DNA from: Planctomycetaceae bacterium | GTDB taxonomy: Bacteria > Planctomycetota > Planctomycetia > Pirellulales > Pirellulaceae | Assembly (NCBI GenBank): GCA_002709225.1 | Contig: PAQH01000022.1 | Span: forward strand, 1,907 to 65,906 | DNA: 64,000 nt | Direction: 5' to 3' | Part shown: one piece after another, positions 51,263-59,874 of the stretch | Numbering within the stretch: position 1 is the first letter of the stretch | Layout: each line of letters begins with the position of its first letter | Translations under genes and position numbers: made by a program | The notes under the pieces: model-generated | What the model saw: only the letters and a program-made list of their open reading frames with translations | Databases searched by the model: none | Told to the model about the DNA's origin: nothing

Positions 51263-52570
51263 TTAAGTATAACGGACACCCTGGTGTTGTTCTTCAAAGA
51301 AAGGCGGAAGTAACGCGTCGGCTTGCAGAATACCCTGTCGGGTCAGGATCACTCGGTCGCCATCAAGAGTGAGCATCTCTTGTTCTTGGTGTGTTTGCCA
51401 CTGCTCCTGCCATTCACTGAGAATCTCGACTTCGAACTTGTCGCGGAAATAGCCGGCATCGAGATAGCCGCGTTTGAGTTGCAGAATCATCTCGCGAATC
51501 AACAGCTCGCGGGAGGTTGGTTTGAGAGCTCTTCCCAGTGGCAACCGGCTTTCGGTCAAGAGGGTGTCTATGTATTGCTGCCACTCAGGGCAGTTCTGGT
51601 AATGGACCGACGAAACGTGTCCGAAACTGGCAATTCCTGTGGCTAATAGATCGGCGCCGGTCCACAGGTTGTCGCGATAACTGAAATTGACTTTCTCCGG
51701 ATCCTTGACGACGGTGTAGGCACTTGACACGTGGTATCCGTGTTCCAGAAACACGTCGAAGGCATAGTTTACCCACGCCCGTTTCGTTGCCCAGTCGGCT
51801 ACCGCAACCTCTGTTTGATTTCCCAATATGTCTTTTGAGTAGACCGTGTTGAAGGGCAATTCCATCTGGTAAATGGTGACACTCTCGGGTGAGAGTTCGA
51901 CGGTGCGGCGCACATTGTCTTTCCAGTTGTCCCAGGTTTCGCCAACCATTCCAGAAATGAGGTCAATGTTGACGTTGGGGAAACCGGCCGACTCGATCCA
52001 ATCCCAGCAACGGTAGATCTCTCCCGAGAGGTGCGCTCTGCCATTTTCCTTGAGAATCTGGTCGCTGAAGTTTTCCACACCGAGGCTCAGTCGAGTCACA
52101 CCCATGTCACGAATTGTCTGGACCTTGGGCGCGGACAACGTACCGGGCTCGCATTCAAACGTGACCTCTTCAGCCTGATCCCAGTGCACGCTTTCACGCA
52201 GCTGCCGTACAAGTGAGTCGAGTTGGCGCGAGCTGAGGAAGGATGGGGTTCCACCACCAAAATAGACGAAGCGAAAGGGTCGCTCACCGACCACAGGCAG
52301 TTGACTGACCAGTTCAATTTCACGAGACAAAGCCCGCACGTACAGATCAATATCGCTCGCTTTGTTGTCAGTAAAGACTTTGAAATAACAGAACTTGCAG
52401 CGTTTACGGCAAAAGGGGATGTGCAAGTAGAGCCCCAAAGGGACTGCAGTCGGAGGTTCTTGCACCACGGCGTCAAACGCTTCCAAACCACCGTCTGACC
52501 ATTGAGAAAACGGCGGGTAGTTGGAAATGAAATAACTGCCTACTTCCGTTTTTGCTGAGTCCGTTGCCAT
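51263..52570 (-). CDS. Radical SAM HemN-like (coproporphyrinogen-III oxidase family) protein
   Basis: HIPFCRKRCKFCYF (CxxxCxxC cluster), GGGTPS, and a HemN_C-like C-terminal third. I cannot distinguish HemN, HemW or ChuW-type functions by eye. Confidence 0.8.
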   Translation of the reverse strand: MATDSAKTEVGSYFISNYPPFSQWSDGGLEAFDAVVQEPPTAVPLGLYLHIPFCRKRCKFCYFKVFTDNKASDIDLYVRALSREIELVSQLPVVGERPFRFVYFGGGTPSFLSSRQLDSLVRQLRESVHWDQAEEVTFECEPGTLSAPKVQTIRDMGVTRLSLGVENFSDQILKENGRAHLSGEIYRCWDWIESAGFPNVNIDLISGMVGETWDNWKDNVRRTVELSPESVTIYQMELPFNTVYSKDILGNQTEVAVADWATKRAWVNYAFDVFLEHGYHVSSAYTVVKDPEKVNFSYRDNLWTGADLLATGIASFGHVSSVHYQNCPEWQQYIDTLLTESRLPLGRALKPTSRELLIREMILQLKRGYLDAGYFRDKFEVEILSEWQEQWQTHQEQEMLTLDGDRVILTRQGILQADALLPPFFEEQHQGVRYT

Positions 52571-52638
52571 GGTTTTGCCGTCTGGTTGTAACCTTCAGTG
52601 AGCCCTGGTGAACGACTTCTGGGCGCGAAATACAGCTG

Positions 52639-53883
52639 TCATGGCTGCTTCCCGAAACAATACACCACACCGTCGTCTGTGGCGATCACCAGTTTGCCTG
52701 CGGCGACTGCCGGAGAGGCCGCAAACCCGCCGCCCGCCTCGTACTCCCACTCTTTTTTGCCGGTTTGCAAGTTGAGTCCATACAAACGGCCATCGCTGGA
52801 GCCGACAAACGCCCGCTGACCAACGATGATCGGCGACGAATCGACTCGTTGTTTGGTGTTAAATGTCCAAAGTTGTTTGCCGCTGACTGGATGCATCCCG
52901 CGGACCTCGCGACTTCGATTTCCATAGATGACAATCTTGTCGCTGGCCGCCGCCGAACTGCGCACCCCCCGTCCTCGTTTGGGTTCGTAACGCCAGACCA
53001 CATTGGCCTGTTTCCAATTGACACAGAAAAAGGTACCAGATTCGGAGCCAAAATAGGCAAGATCGCCGCGCACGGCGGGAGTTGCCATCGTGGGGCCACC
53101 GATATCAACATTCGCGACCGAAACGCCTTTCTCGAGATCGATAATGTGTAACTTGCCGTCGCAGCCGGCAACAAAACAACGCGCATCCACGACGGTTGGT
53201 GTGCAGCGTATCTGGTCTTCAATGGTGTGCTTCCAGATCAGTTTCCCACTAGCACTTTCCAGGCAATACAGTGTGGCGTCTTGCGATCCGACCAGGACGT
53301 TGCCACGATAGAAATTGGCGCTGGAATCGATCTCCGCTTTGGTTTCAAATTCCCAGAGTTTTTTTCCTGTGGCGGCATCGAGACAGTAGAACCGCCCAAA
53401 CAGGTCACCCACATAAACACGTTGTTGATAAACGGCAGGCGAGGCATAGAAGCCATCTTTGTCCTTGGTGGTAAATGTCCATTTCGGTTTGCCGGTATTG
53501 AGGTCCAGGGCGTAAAACGTGCCATCGAGGTCACCAACGTAAACCGTGTTTTCGACAATCGCCGCCGTCGCCTCGAAGGCGCCATCCTTGACTTTGTGCT
53601 TCCAAAGTAGAGATGGTTTCGCGGGCAACTCGCCATGCGCCACACCGGTTGAGAGCGGGTCTCCTCGGAAGAGCGGCCACTGCGAGGTGGTCGCTTGGGG
53701 GCCTGCGGTGGCAGCTTTCTGGCCGGCTTGTTCGGCACTCAAGTTGGGTTCGATCAGAACGGCCAAACTGATAATCAGGATCCAGCTGACCCAGTGGATT
53801 TGACCCTGCTTACAGAAACGTGTTCGCTGGCAAATCCGCTGCGTCGGGGCTGTCGAATCCTGTAGCTGCTGGTTTCGGTTCAT
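52639..53883 (-). CDS. PQQ-like (BamB-type) beta-propeller repeat protein, secreted/anchored
   Basis: Track ORF is 52639..54108. The internal ATG at 53883 gives MNRNQQ.. followed by the hydrophobic WVSWILIISLAVLI. Repeated motifs: VYVGDLDGTFYALD, VYVGDLFGRFYCLDAATGK, LVGSQDATLYCLESASGK, FVGSSDGRLYGLNLQTGK. Confidence 0.8.
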   Translation of the reverse strand: MNRNQQLQDSTAPTQRICQRTRFCKQGQIHWVSWILIISLAVLIEPNLSAEQAGQKAATAGPQATTSQWPLFRGDPLSTGVAHGELPAKPSLLWKHKVKDGAFEATAAIVENTVYVGDLDGTFYALDLNTGKPKWTFTTKDKDGFYASPAVYQQRVYVGDLFGRFYCLDAATGKKLWEFETKAEIDSSANFYRGNVLVGSQDATLYCLESASGKLIWKHTIEDQIRCTPTVVDARCFVAGCDGKLHIIDLEKGVSVANVDIGGPTMATPAVRGDLAYFGSESGTFFCVNWKQANVVWRYEPKRGRGVRSSAAASDKIVIYGNRSREVRGMHPVSGKQLWTFNTKQRVDSSPIIVGQRAFVGSSDGRLYGLNLQTGKKEWEYEAGGGFAASPAVAAGKLVIATDDGVVYCFGKQP

Positions 53884-54556
53884 GGCGTCTGTCGATTCAA
53901 GCTGGGGTTTGCAGAGCGGTTGGCGGTCCAACTTGACACAGATCGGGAGCCGCGTACTCGCTAAGGTGGGGGGCGATACAGTGATCCAGGATGATGCACG
54001 AATGGCCAGATAGTAGCGGAAAAATGCTGTTTCGCACGAAGGTGATTCAATTGCACCGGTGATCGATCCGCGTATCCGGTCATGTAGCAGCGGCGTCTGC
54101 CAAATCACTCGGTTTCATCGGCAGACACACCAGCCGCGTGAGCAATTATACCGGTCCAGCCAGAGAGCATGCGAGATATGGACGCGAAATCGTTCATTTC
54201 GGGGGAATTTTGCCAGAGAATAACAGGGCTAGCGTGTCCGGATCACCACGCCGCAGTTTTCCCTCAGACACAAGTGTCACTCTGGTTTGTGTCCTGGCAT
54301 AGGGTTGGCAGAGAGAACCTGACAGGAATCTATTTGCCAAAGTCGGTCAATCAGGGCCGTGACGGGGTGGCTCAAGAAATGAACCACGGTGCGACCAGTG
54401 AGAACCGGAACCTTCGAACAGGACGTTGCGGACGTGACGTCACGTGCCGTGCCAAGTCAGTGAGTTTGCCGGTCCGCATGCGATTACGGTGTCAGATCTT
54501 GCGGAAATTCCTGATGCCAGGCTTGGATCATCTTGCCGAATGTCGTGACAGCGGAC

Positions 54557-55045
54557 TCACTTTTTGGCATTCTTGGGTCGCAGCTTGAATTTGCCTTCCT
54601 TGAAGGCTTCTTCATCGAAGAGCATGTGAATTTGCTTCATCAGTGCAAGCTTGGAGATGTCGTCTCTGCAACCCGCGCAGAGTAAATCGACATCGACACC
54701 TGCGACCTTCAGTACGACGGAGTCTTCGTCAGGAGTTTCGCCACTTAGTGGGCAGGCTTTCTGTACATACTGCTTGGTGAGAACCAGGTGGTGGTTAGCC
54801 CAGGCTTTGTATTTGGAGGGGGCGCGCTGGAACTGCCGCGCACAATCCTGGCAGCAGAAGTACACCTTGCCTTGCTTGTATTGGACGAAAGACTTCCTGT
54901 TGGTGACGGGTTTCTGGTCTATGAGACACTTGACTCCCCGCGGCAGTTTTCTTGGATTGCTGTTTTCTGGATTGCGGTTTGCGCCGGTAGCCATTGCCAA
55001 CAGTAAGACGCACGTCAAGAAGGTCATTTTGAGGCCAAGGTGCAT
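54557..55045 (-). CDS. Secreted protein with two YHS/TRASH-like Cys modules (paralogue 1)
   Basis: Track ORF is 54557..55123. ATG at 55045 (or 55027) gives the signal peptide MHLGLKMTFLTCVLLLAMATGA. Module 1 is KCLIDQKPV..FVQYKQGKVYFCCQDCARQFQRAPSKY, which fits the YHS pattern C..........Y.G..YFC...C...F...P..Y. Module 2 is CPLSGE..LKVAGVDVDLLCAGC. Confidence 0.7.
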   Translation of the reverse strand: MHLGLKMTFLTCVLLLAMATGANRNPENSNPRKLPRGVKCLIDQKPVTNRKSFVQYKQGKVYFCCQDCARQFQRAPSKYKAWANHHLVLTKQYVQKACPLSGETPDEDSVVLKVAGVDVDLLCAGCRDDISKLALMKQIHMLFDEEAFKEGKFKLRPKNAKK

Positions 55046-55185
55046 GTTCCCGGCTCCGAAAAACGGTCGAGAGGCAGAAAAATGCAGCAGGTACATTCCG
55101 ATGTGGCGGCCACTGGCCGGCATCCATGCCAGCCCGAAGTGCGGAATTCACGAGAAGTGTACCTGCCGCATGAAAGAGAAATGGC

Positions 55186-55665
55186 TCAGGAAGTAGCCTT
55201 GGCCTTCTTCTTTTTCACCAAGGCAAACTTGCCTTTCTTGAAGCCGGCTTTGCCAAATACAGCATTGATCAGGGCATCGCCTTTGAGTGCAGCGACCTTG
55301 TCTTTGTGGGCAACACTGGCAAATTTTACTTCCACGCCACCAATCTTGAGGACTGCATCTTTGTGCAGAGCTTTGCCACTAACGGGGCATGCTTTCTGGA
55401 CAAACTGGCCGGTATAAACCAGCTGGTGGTTTGCCTTGGCTTCGTATTTTTTGGGCGTCTTGGCCATTCGTTTCACACAGGTTGAGCAGCAGAGGTAGAG
55501 CTTGGCACCCTTGTAATCGACAACCTTTTTACCTTTGACTTTTCGCTTCTTCATGATGAAGCATTTCAAGCCCTCCACGGGGTCCTTGTCAGCGGCAACG
55601 ACGGTCTGCAAAACGCCCGCGCCGGCGAAAGCGGTGAGTACGACGACTAAGAGAAATCGTTTCAT
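55186..55665 (-). CDS. Secreted protein with YHS/TRASH-like module (paralogue 2; second module has lost its distal Cys pair)
   Basis: Signal peptide MKRFLLVVVLTAFAGAGV. Module 1 is KCFIMKKRKV..VVDYKGAKLYLCCSTCVKRMAKTPKKY. Module 2 is CPVSGK..LKIGGVEVKFASVAH, with no CxxC. It is colinear with paralogue 1. Confidence 0.7.
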   Translation of the reverse strand: MKRFLLVVVLTAFAGAGVLQTVVAADKDPVEGLKCFIMKKRKVKGKKVVDYKGAKLYLCCSTCVKRMAKTPKKYEAKANHQLVYTGQFVQKACPVSGKALHKDAVLKIGGVEVKFASVAHKDKVAALKGDALINAVFGKAGFKKGKFALVKKKKAKATS

Positions 55666-56369
55666 CCAATGACTCCTTGATCATAGGTGACGAGAAAGAA
55701 AAAAGGCTATCGAATAGCTCTGCATCGCGTCCGATACCGGACAATACGTACAGAGTTAACCGCGATGGGATAACGTACAGAGTGAGAATGCGTTGTTAGG
55801 GTGCGCGTTGCTTAGACCGAGTAGGACAGCTACAGATGGGGCGGTGCAAACAGTACTTGTTGGAGATAACAGTACTTGTTTGGCGGTGAAAACCAGGCAC
55901 CCTGTCAACGCTCTGCTGCCACTCGCGCGGCACTGAACCAAATTGGCGCAGACCGCGGGCTATAGCGACGGTGCTACCAGCAAATAGTTATTTCCTGGTA
56001 GCGCGAGGCCTCATCATACAATCCGCCATCGATCGCAGTCAACCAGCCCAACAGACTCGGTTGCTTTGGGTAGCGGCCAGACGCATCAACCGATCCGTGG
56101 CGCTGTGCTATGACGTTGAGGGAAACAGCGGTGGTGTCGGTTCAGTGGCAGAATCATCGTGGTGCGAGGGCGTCAGGTAATGGAGTTCCGCCGCCAGATT
56201 CGAGCGTGGGACAACAGCTGGCAGAAACCTCGATTTCCTGCGTGCTTCTCTGTTTCTGGCGCTTGGCGGACTGCTACGGTTCGAACATAATTAGTCGATT
56301 GGGAGTAGCAATGAGCAGAGAACTCCGCTTCGGTTTCGCCGGCGTCGCTTAACACAGTCCTGTTATCCG

Positions 56370-57320
56370 TTGGGCCGGGTGTCCATTCACTTGAGGAGAG
56401 TTACGCTGGCTGCACGACGTTTCCAGATTGCCGCTTCTGCCGGCTGGCTGCTTGTTGTATTGCGCTGCGGGTTGGGGTGGCAGTTTTTCCAGGAGGGTGT
56501 GAGTAAGATCGACAATCCGCGCCCCTTTTCCGCGGTGTTTCTGGGCAATGCACGGGGGCCTTGGGCCGGCCTGTTTCAGGACCGAATTTGGGATGCGCAT
56601 GGTTTAGCCCGGTTGGATCAAGAACAAACGCAAATCCTCTGGAAAGCACATCTCAAGGCAGCACAGGAACATTTTCGCTTCAACGATCGAGACCGGACCA
56701 AAGCGGCACGAATTCATGCAAGTTACCTGTCCGGTTTGAATGGGTTTTTTAGTGACAACCGTTTAGAGATTGAAGAGTATCGGTTGCAGGTGGAACGTCT
56801 ACAACGCGACAAGCAACAGGCCGCCCGCCGTGAGGTTTACTCACTGAATGGACAAGTCCTCAAGCAGCAGTCCGAATTGGCGGGTAAACGCCGACCCTGG
56901 CTGGCGACGCTGGATGGGTTTTGGGCTGGTTACGAACGCGACATCAGCAATTTAGGGGCTGCGGCGACGAACTCGGCGGCCTCTACCTTTGCTTTGACGC
57001 GGCCCGGGCGCAGGTGGTTGGACAGCCGTTCGATCGATCGGATTATTCCGTGGTTTGACCTGGTCATCGGGGGTTTATTGATACTCGGTTTGTTGACCCG
57101 CATTACCTCACTCGCCGCAGCAGGGTTCTTGTTCAGTGTTGTGCTGTCCCAATGGCCGCCGACGACGGGACCCATGTCCACGTACTACCATCTCAATTTG
57201 ACATTGGCGCTATTGGTTCTGGCGGCAACGGGTGCCGGTCGGATTGCTGGCCTGGATTTTTTTCTTAACGGCTGCTGCTCTGGCAAAGGGAAAGTGACCC
57301 ATGAACAACTTGACACCTGA
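56370..57320 (+). CDS. DoxX-like membrane protein with a long central coiled-coil insertion
   Basis: N-terminal TM segment AGWLLVVLRCGLGWQFFQEGVSKI. C-terminal TMs: WFDLVIGGLLILGLLTRITSLAAAGFLFSVV, then LTLALLVLAATGAGRIAGLDFFL, matching the DoxX pattern. There is no ATG near the 5' end; the track start is TTG 56370, and GTG 56379 and TTG 56391 are alternatives. Confidence 0.55.
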   Translation: MGRVSIHLRRVTLAARRFQIAASAGWLLVVLRCGLGWQFFQEGVSKIDNPRPFSAVFLGNARGPWAGLFQDRIWDAHGLARLDQEQTQILWKAHLKAAQEHFRFNDRDRTKAARIHASYLSGLNGFFSDNRLEIEEYRLQVERLQRDKQQAARREVYSLNGQVLKQQSELAGKRRPWLATLDGFWAGYERDISNLGAAATNSAASTFALTRPGRRWLDSRSIDRIIPWFDLVIGGLLILGLLTRITSLAAAGFLFSVVLSQWPPTTGPMSTYYHLNLTLALLVLAATGAGRIAGLDFFLNGCCSGKGKVTHEQLDT

Positions 57321-59190
57321 AGAAAAGGCTGTCGGTCGTGATAACTACTATGAAGCTGTTGCGGCTGCCGATGCGGCGGGCCGTTTTGACCGGCGCGATT
57401 TCCTCAAAGGCGTGATCGCCTCTGGAGCCGTTACAGGTTCTGGCCTGGGTGCCATGTACTTCGGGTACAGTAAGGTTGGTGACCCAGTGCGCGTTGGCGT
57501 TATCGGCACGGGTGACGAAGGTGGTGTTCTGATCGGCGCGATCAATCCCGATTACATGCAGGTGGTAGCTATTGCAGACGTACGACCGTCGAGTATTCAC
57601 CGCGCTTTCCACGGGGACTGGGGCGGGTCACGGCCGGCGTTTACGCATTCCATCCGTCCGGGTTTGGTGGACAAGTACGGTTGGAGCAGCGAGTCGGAGG
57701 CACGTAAACACGTCAAGGTTTATGACGCAGAAAACGGTGGTTACGAGGAGCTGTTGAAAAACCCGGACGTCGAAGCGGTGATCATCGCGTTACCATTACA
57801 TCTGCACGCGCCGGTTTCGATTGCGGCCATGCAAGCTGGCAAGCATGTTCTGACGGAAAAGTTGATGGCCCATAGTGTGGGACAGTGCAAGCAGATGGTG
57901 CGTACTTCACGCGACCAAAAGAAATTGCTTGCCACCGGGCATCAGCGGCATTACAGCATTCTTTATGACAATGCGGTGAATCTGCTGCGGTGGGGTTTGT
58001 TGGGTGAGATTCAGTTTATTCGGGCACAGTGGCATCGCGGGAACTTACCGGGCCGTGACAGTTGGGAGCAACCAGTTCCAGGTGGTTTGCTGGCGCCGGG
58101 GGCTGGGCAGGATGCAGGGCGTGTCGATCCGATTGCAGATCGGCTAAAGCGTTTCCAGTCGGATCTGAAAAATCTTGACAAGCGAGTCGCCAGTGGACGC
58201 GGCATTGATCAGGACCGTTATCAGTTGCTGCAACGCCAGATTGCCCAATGGTCGGCTTGGGACCGCGACAAAACGGTCAAAGCGGAAGACCACGGATACG
58301 AGTCGATCACACTCGAAAACGGCTATCCGCGTAGTGCCTTGGAGGAGTTGGTGCGGTGGCGATTGTGGGATCGTACCGGTGGTGGATTGATGGCGGAACT
58401 GGGCAGCCATCAATTGGACGCAGCGAGCATTTTCATCAGTGCATTGCGAAAGGATGGCAGGAAAGCCCAGCCTTTAACAGTGCATGCCGTCGGTGGCCGT
58501 CATACTTTTCCTTACAACCGTGACGCGGACGACCACGTCTACTGCACCTTTGAGTTTCCGGGGCCAGGGTACGATTTTGATGCGCCCGCAGGTCTCAAGC
58601 CAGCGCAACGCGCTCAGTTGGCTCGCGACAAATTTGGGTATTACGATGCGGTGAGCAACTATCCTAATCCGGAAGAGAACATCCCTTCGTATGATGTGGA
58701 TTCCAACAAGCGTATTATTGTGACCTACTCGTCGATCATGGGGAACGGATTTGGCGGTTACGGAGAAGTGGTGCTGGGTTCCAAAGGTACGCTCGTGCTG
58801 GAAAAAGAGCAAGAAGTGATGCTCTACAAGGGTTCGAGTACGTCCTCCAAGATCAAGGTCCGCGATGAAGGATCTGGCGGTGCCGTGTTGGATACTCAGG
58901 CGAGTGGTGATATGGCGGCGGTGGCCAAGGCAGCGGATACGGGGCCGGTCAGCCGTGGGTACACCGAGGAGATGGAGCACTTCGCCTGGTGCATTCGTAA
59001 CACGGATCCCGCCAACCAGCCACGTTGTCACGGCGATGTGGCTTTGGCGGACGCTGTTATTGCGTTGACTTCCAAGTTGGCCATCAGCCGCTCGAAAGCC
59101 GGGCAGGGTGGCTTCGTCACATTTCGCCCAGAGTGGTTTGACGCAGAGAACGACGCTACGCCAGAAGAGGAAGTCGGCAAGACGGCTTAA
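57301..59190 (+). CDS. Tat-exported Gfo/Idh/MocA family oxidoreductase (long form, 629 aa)
   Basis: Twin-arginine signal RRDFLKGVIASGAVTGSGLGAMYF, then VRVGVIGTGDEGG (Rossmann). GKHVLTEKLMA (the EKP-like motif of the family). The ATG overlaps the upstream gene by 20 nt. Confidence 0.85.
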   Translation: MNNLTPEEKAVGRDNYYEAVAAADAAGRFDRRDFLKGVIASGAVTGSGLGAMYFGYSKVGDPVRVGVIGTGDEGGVLIGAINPDYMQVVAIADVRPSSIHRAFHGDWGGSRPAFTHSIRPGLVDKYGWSSESEARKHVKVYDAENGGYEELLKNPDVEAVIIALPLHLHAPVSIAAMQAGKHVLTEKLMAHSVGQCKQMVRTSRDQKKLLATGHQRHYSILYDNAVNLLRWGLLGEIQFIRAQWHRGNLPGRDSWEQPVPGGLLAPGAGQDAGRVDPIADRLKRFQSDLKNLDKRVASGRGIDQDRYQLLQRQIAQWSAWDRDKTVKAEDHGYESITLENGYPRSALEELVRWRLWDRTGGGLMAELGSHQLDAASIFISALRKDGRKAQPLTVHAVGGRHTFPYNRDADDHVYCTFEFPGPGYDFDAPAGLKPAQRAQLARDKFGYYDAVSNYPNPEENIPSYDVDSNKRIIVTYSSIMGNGFGGYGEVVLGSKGTLVLEKEQEVMLYKGSSTSSKIKVRDEGSGGAVLDTQASGDMAAVAKAADTGPVSRGYTEEMEHFAWCIRNTDPANQPRCHGDVALADAVIALTSKLAISRSKAGQGGFVTFRPEWFDAENDATPEEEVGKTA

Positions 59191-59451
59191 GCTGGTACCA
59201 CGTCGCAGGGGGGAAGAGTCTGTCTCGGGGGAAGTTGGTAGTTTGACTGCCAGCGGTGCCAAAGTGATAGTCAGAGCCGATACAGACGGTGCGCCCGTTC
59301 ATATTGCCCGCCTCTTTAGATTGCCACCTTACGGGACGGCCACCTGCGCGGCGCTGGTCGAGGTACGGATGCCGAGGTTCCAATCTAGCCCGGTCTAGAG
59401 CCAAGCAAGGATCTTTACCTGGCCACGGCCACCGGTGATAGCAGCGCGGAC

Positions 59452-59763
59452 CTACTCTTCGACAATCACTTCCTTGACCTTCTGGACAAAGTGCGGCGTT
59501 TTGCCCCCTTTGCTCAGGTCAACAGCCTTTTTCTCCGCCTGTTTTTTCTGATGAAACTCGTAGAGTGCCACGCGTTTCAACGATTGGCTGAAGATCCCCC
59601 AGAAAATCTTTTTCCGTTCGTCAACGGCCGATTTCTTGGTGCGTGTTTTCCGCTTGGTCGTGGTTTTCTTGGCCGTTTTTTTCTTTTTGGCAGTCTTTTG
59701 GGCGGCCGCTTCGCTCTCGGCCTCTTCACGTAATTTCTTCCGATTTACGACTTTACGGGCCAT
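59452..59763 (-). CDS. Small lysine-rich basic protein (103 aa), possible nucleic-acid-binding
   Basis: Track ORF is 59452..59883. The internal ATG at 59763 gives MARKVVNRKKLREEAESEAAAQKTAKKKKTAKKTTTKRKTRTKK, followed by a structured-looking C-terminal half (IFWGIFSQSLKRVALYEFHQKKQAEKKAVDL). The extension upstream of this ATG would run through the 23-bp repeat array. Confidence 0.6.
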   Translation of the reverse strand: MARKVVNRKKLREEAESEAAAQKTAKKKKTAKKTTTKRKTRTKKSAVDERKKIFWGIFSQSLKRVALYEFHQKKQAEKKAVDLSKGGKTPHFVQKVKEVIVEE

Positions 59764-59805
59764 TTCTGATCTGCCATCGGTGGTGCGAAACGGTACGGAC
59801 ACAGG

Positions 59806-59874
59806 GCGCCCAAGACACAGCGTGCCCAGCGCCCAAGACACAGCGTGCCCAGCGCCCAAGACACAGCGTGCCCA
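59806..59874. repeat. Three perfect tandem copies of a 23-bp unit (gcgcccaagacacagcgtgccca)
   Basis: Copies at 59806..59828, 59829..59851 and 59852..59874 are identical on direct reading. They lie 43-111 nt upstream of the ATG of the minus-strand lysine-rich gene. Confidence 0.95.

Noticed and set aside
54169-54588. 139-aa plus-strand ORF in the long gap downstream of the YHS genes.
   Set aside because: It has no motifs and an irregular composition, and it overlaps the 3' end of YHS paralogue 1. It was treated as non-coding; the gap itself is reported as a finding.
58474-59262. 262-aa antisense ORF opposite the Tat-oxidoreductase gene. The similar ORF 28406..29095 lies opposite the alpha/beta hydrolase.
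   Set aside because: Both are shadow ORFs inside genes with clear family motifs on the other strand.
59340-59400. tRNA-like T-loop sequence (gaggttccaatct) in the gap after the oxidoreductase gene.
   Set aside because: The flanking bases do not form a T-stem or an acceptor stem. I could not draw a cloverleaf on either strand.
59806-59874. Possible CRISPR array.
   Set aside because: The three 23-bp units are directly adjacent with no spacers, the unit is shorter than typical CRISPR repeats, and there are no cas genes in the window.
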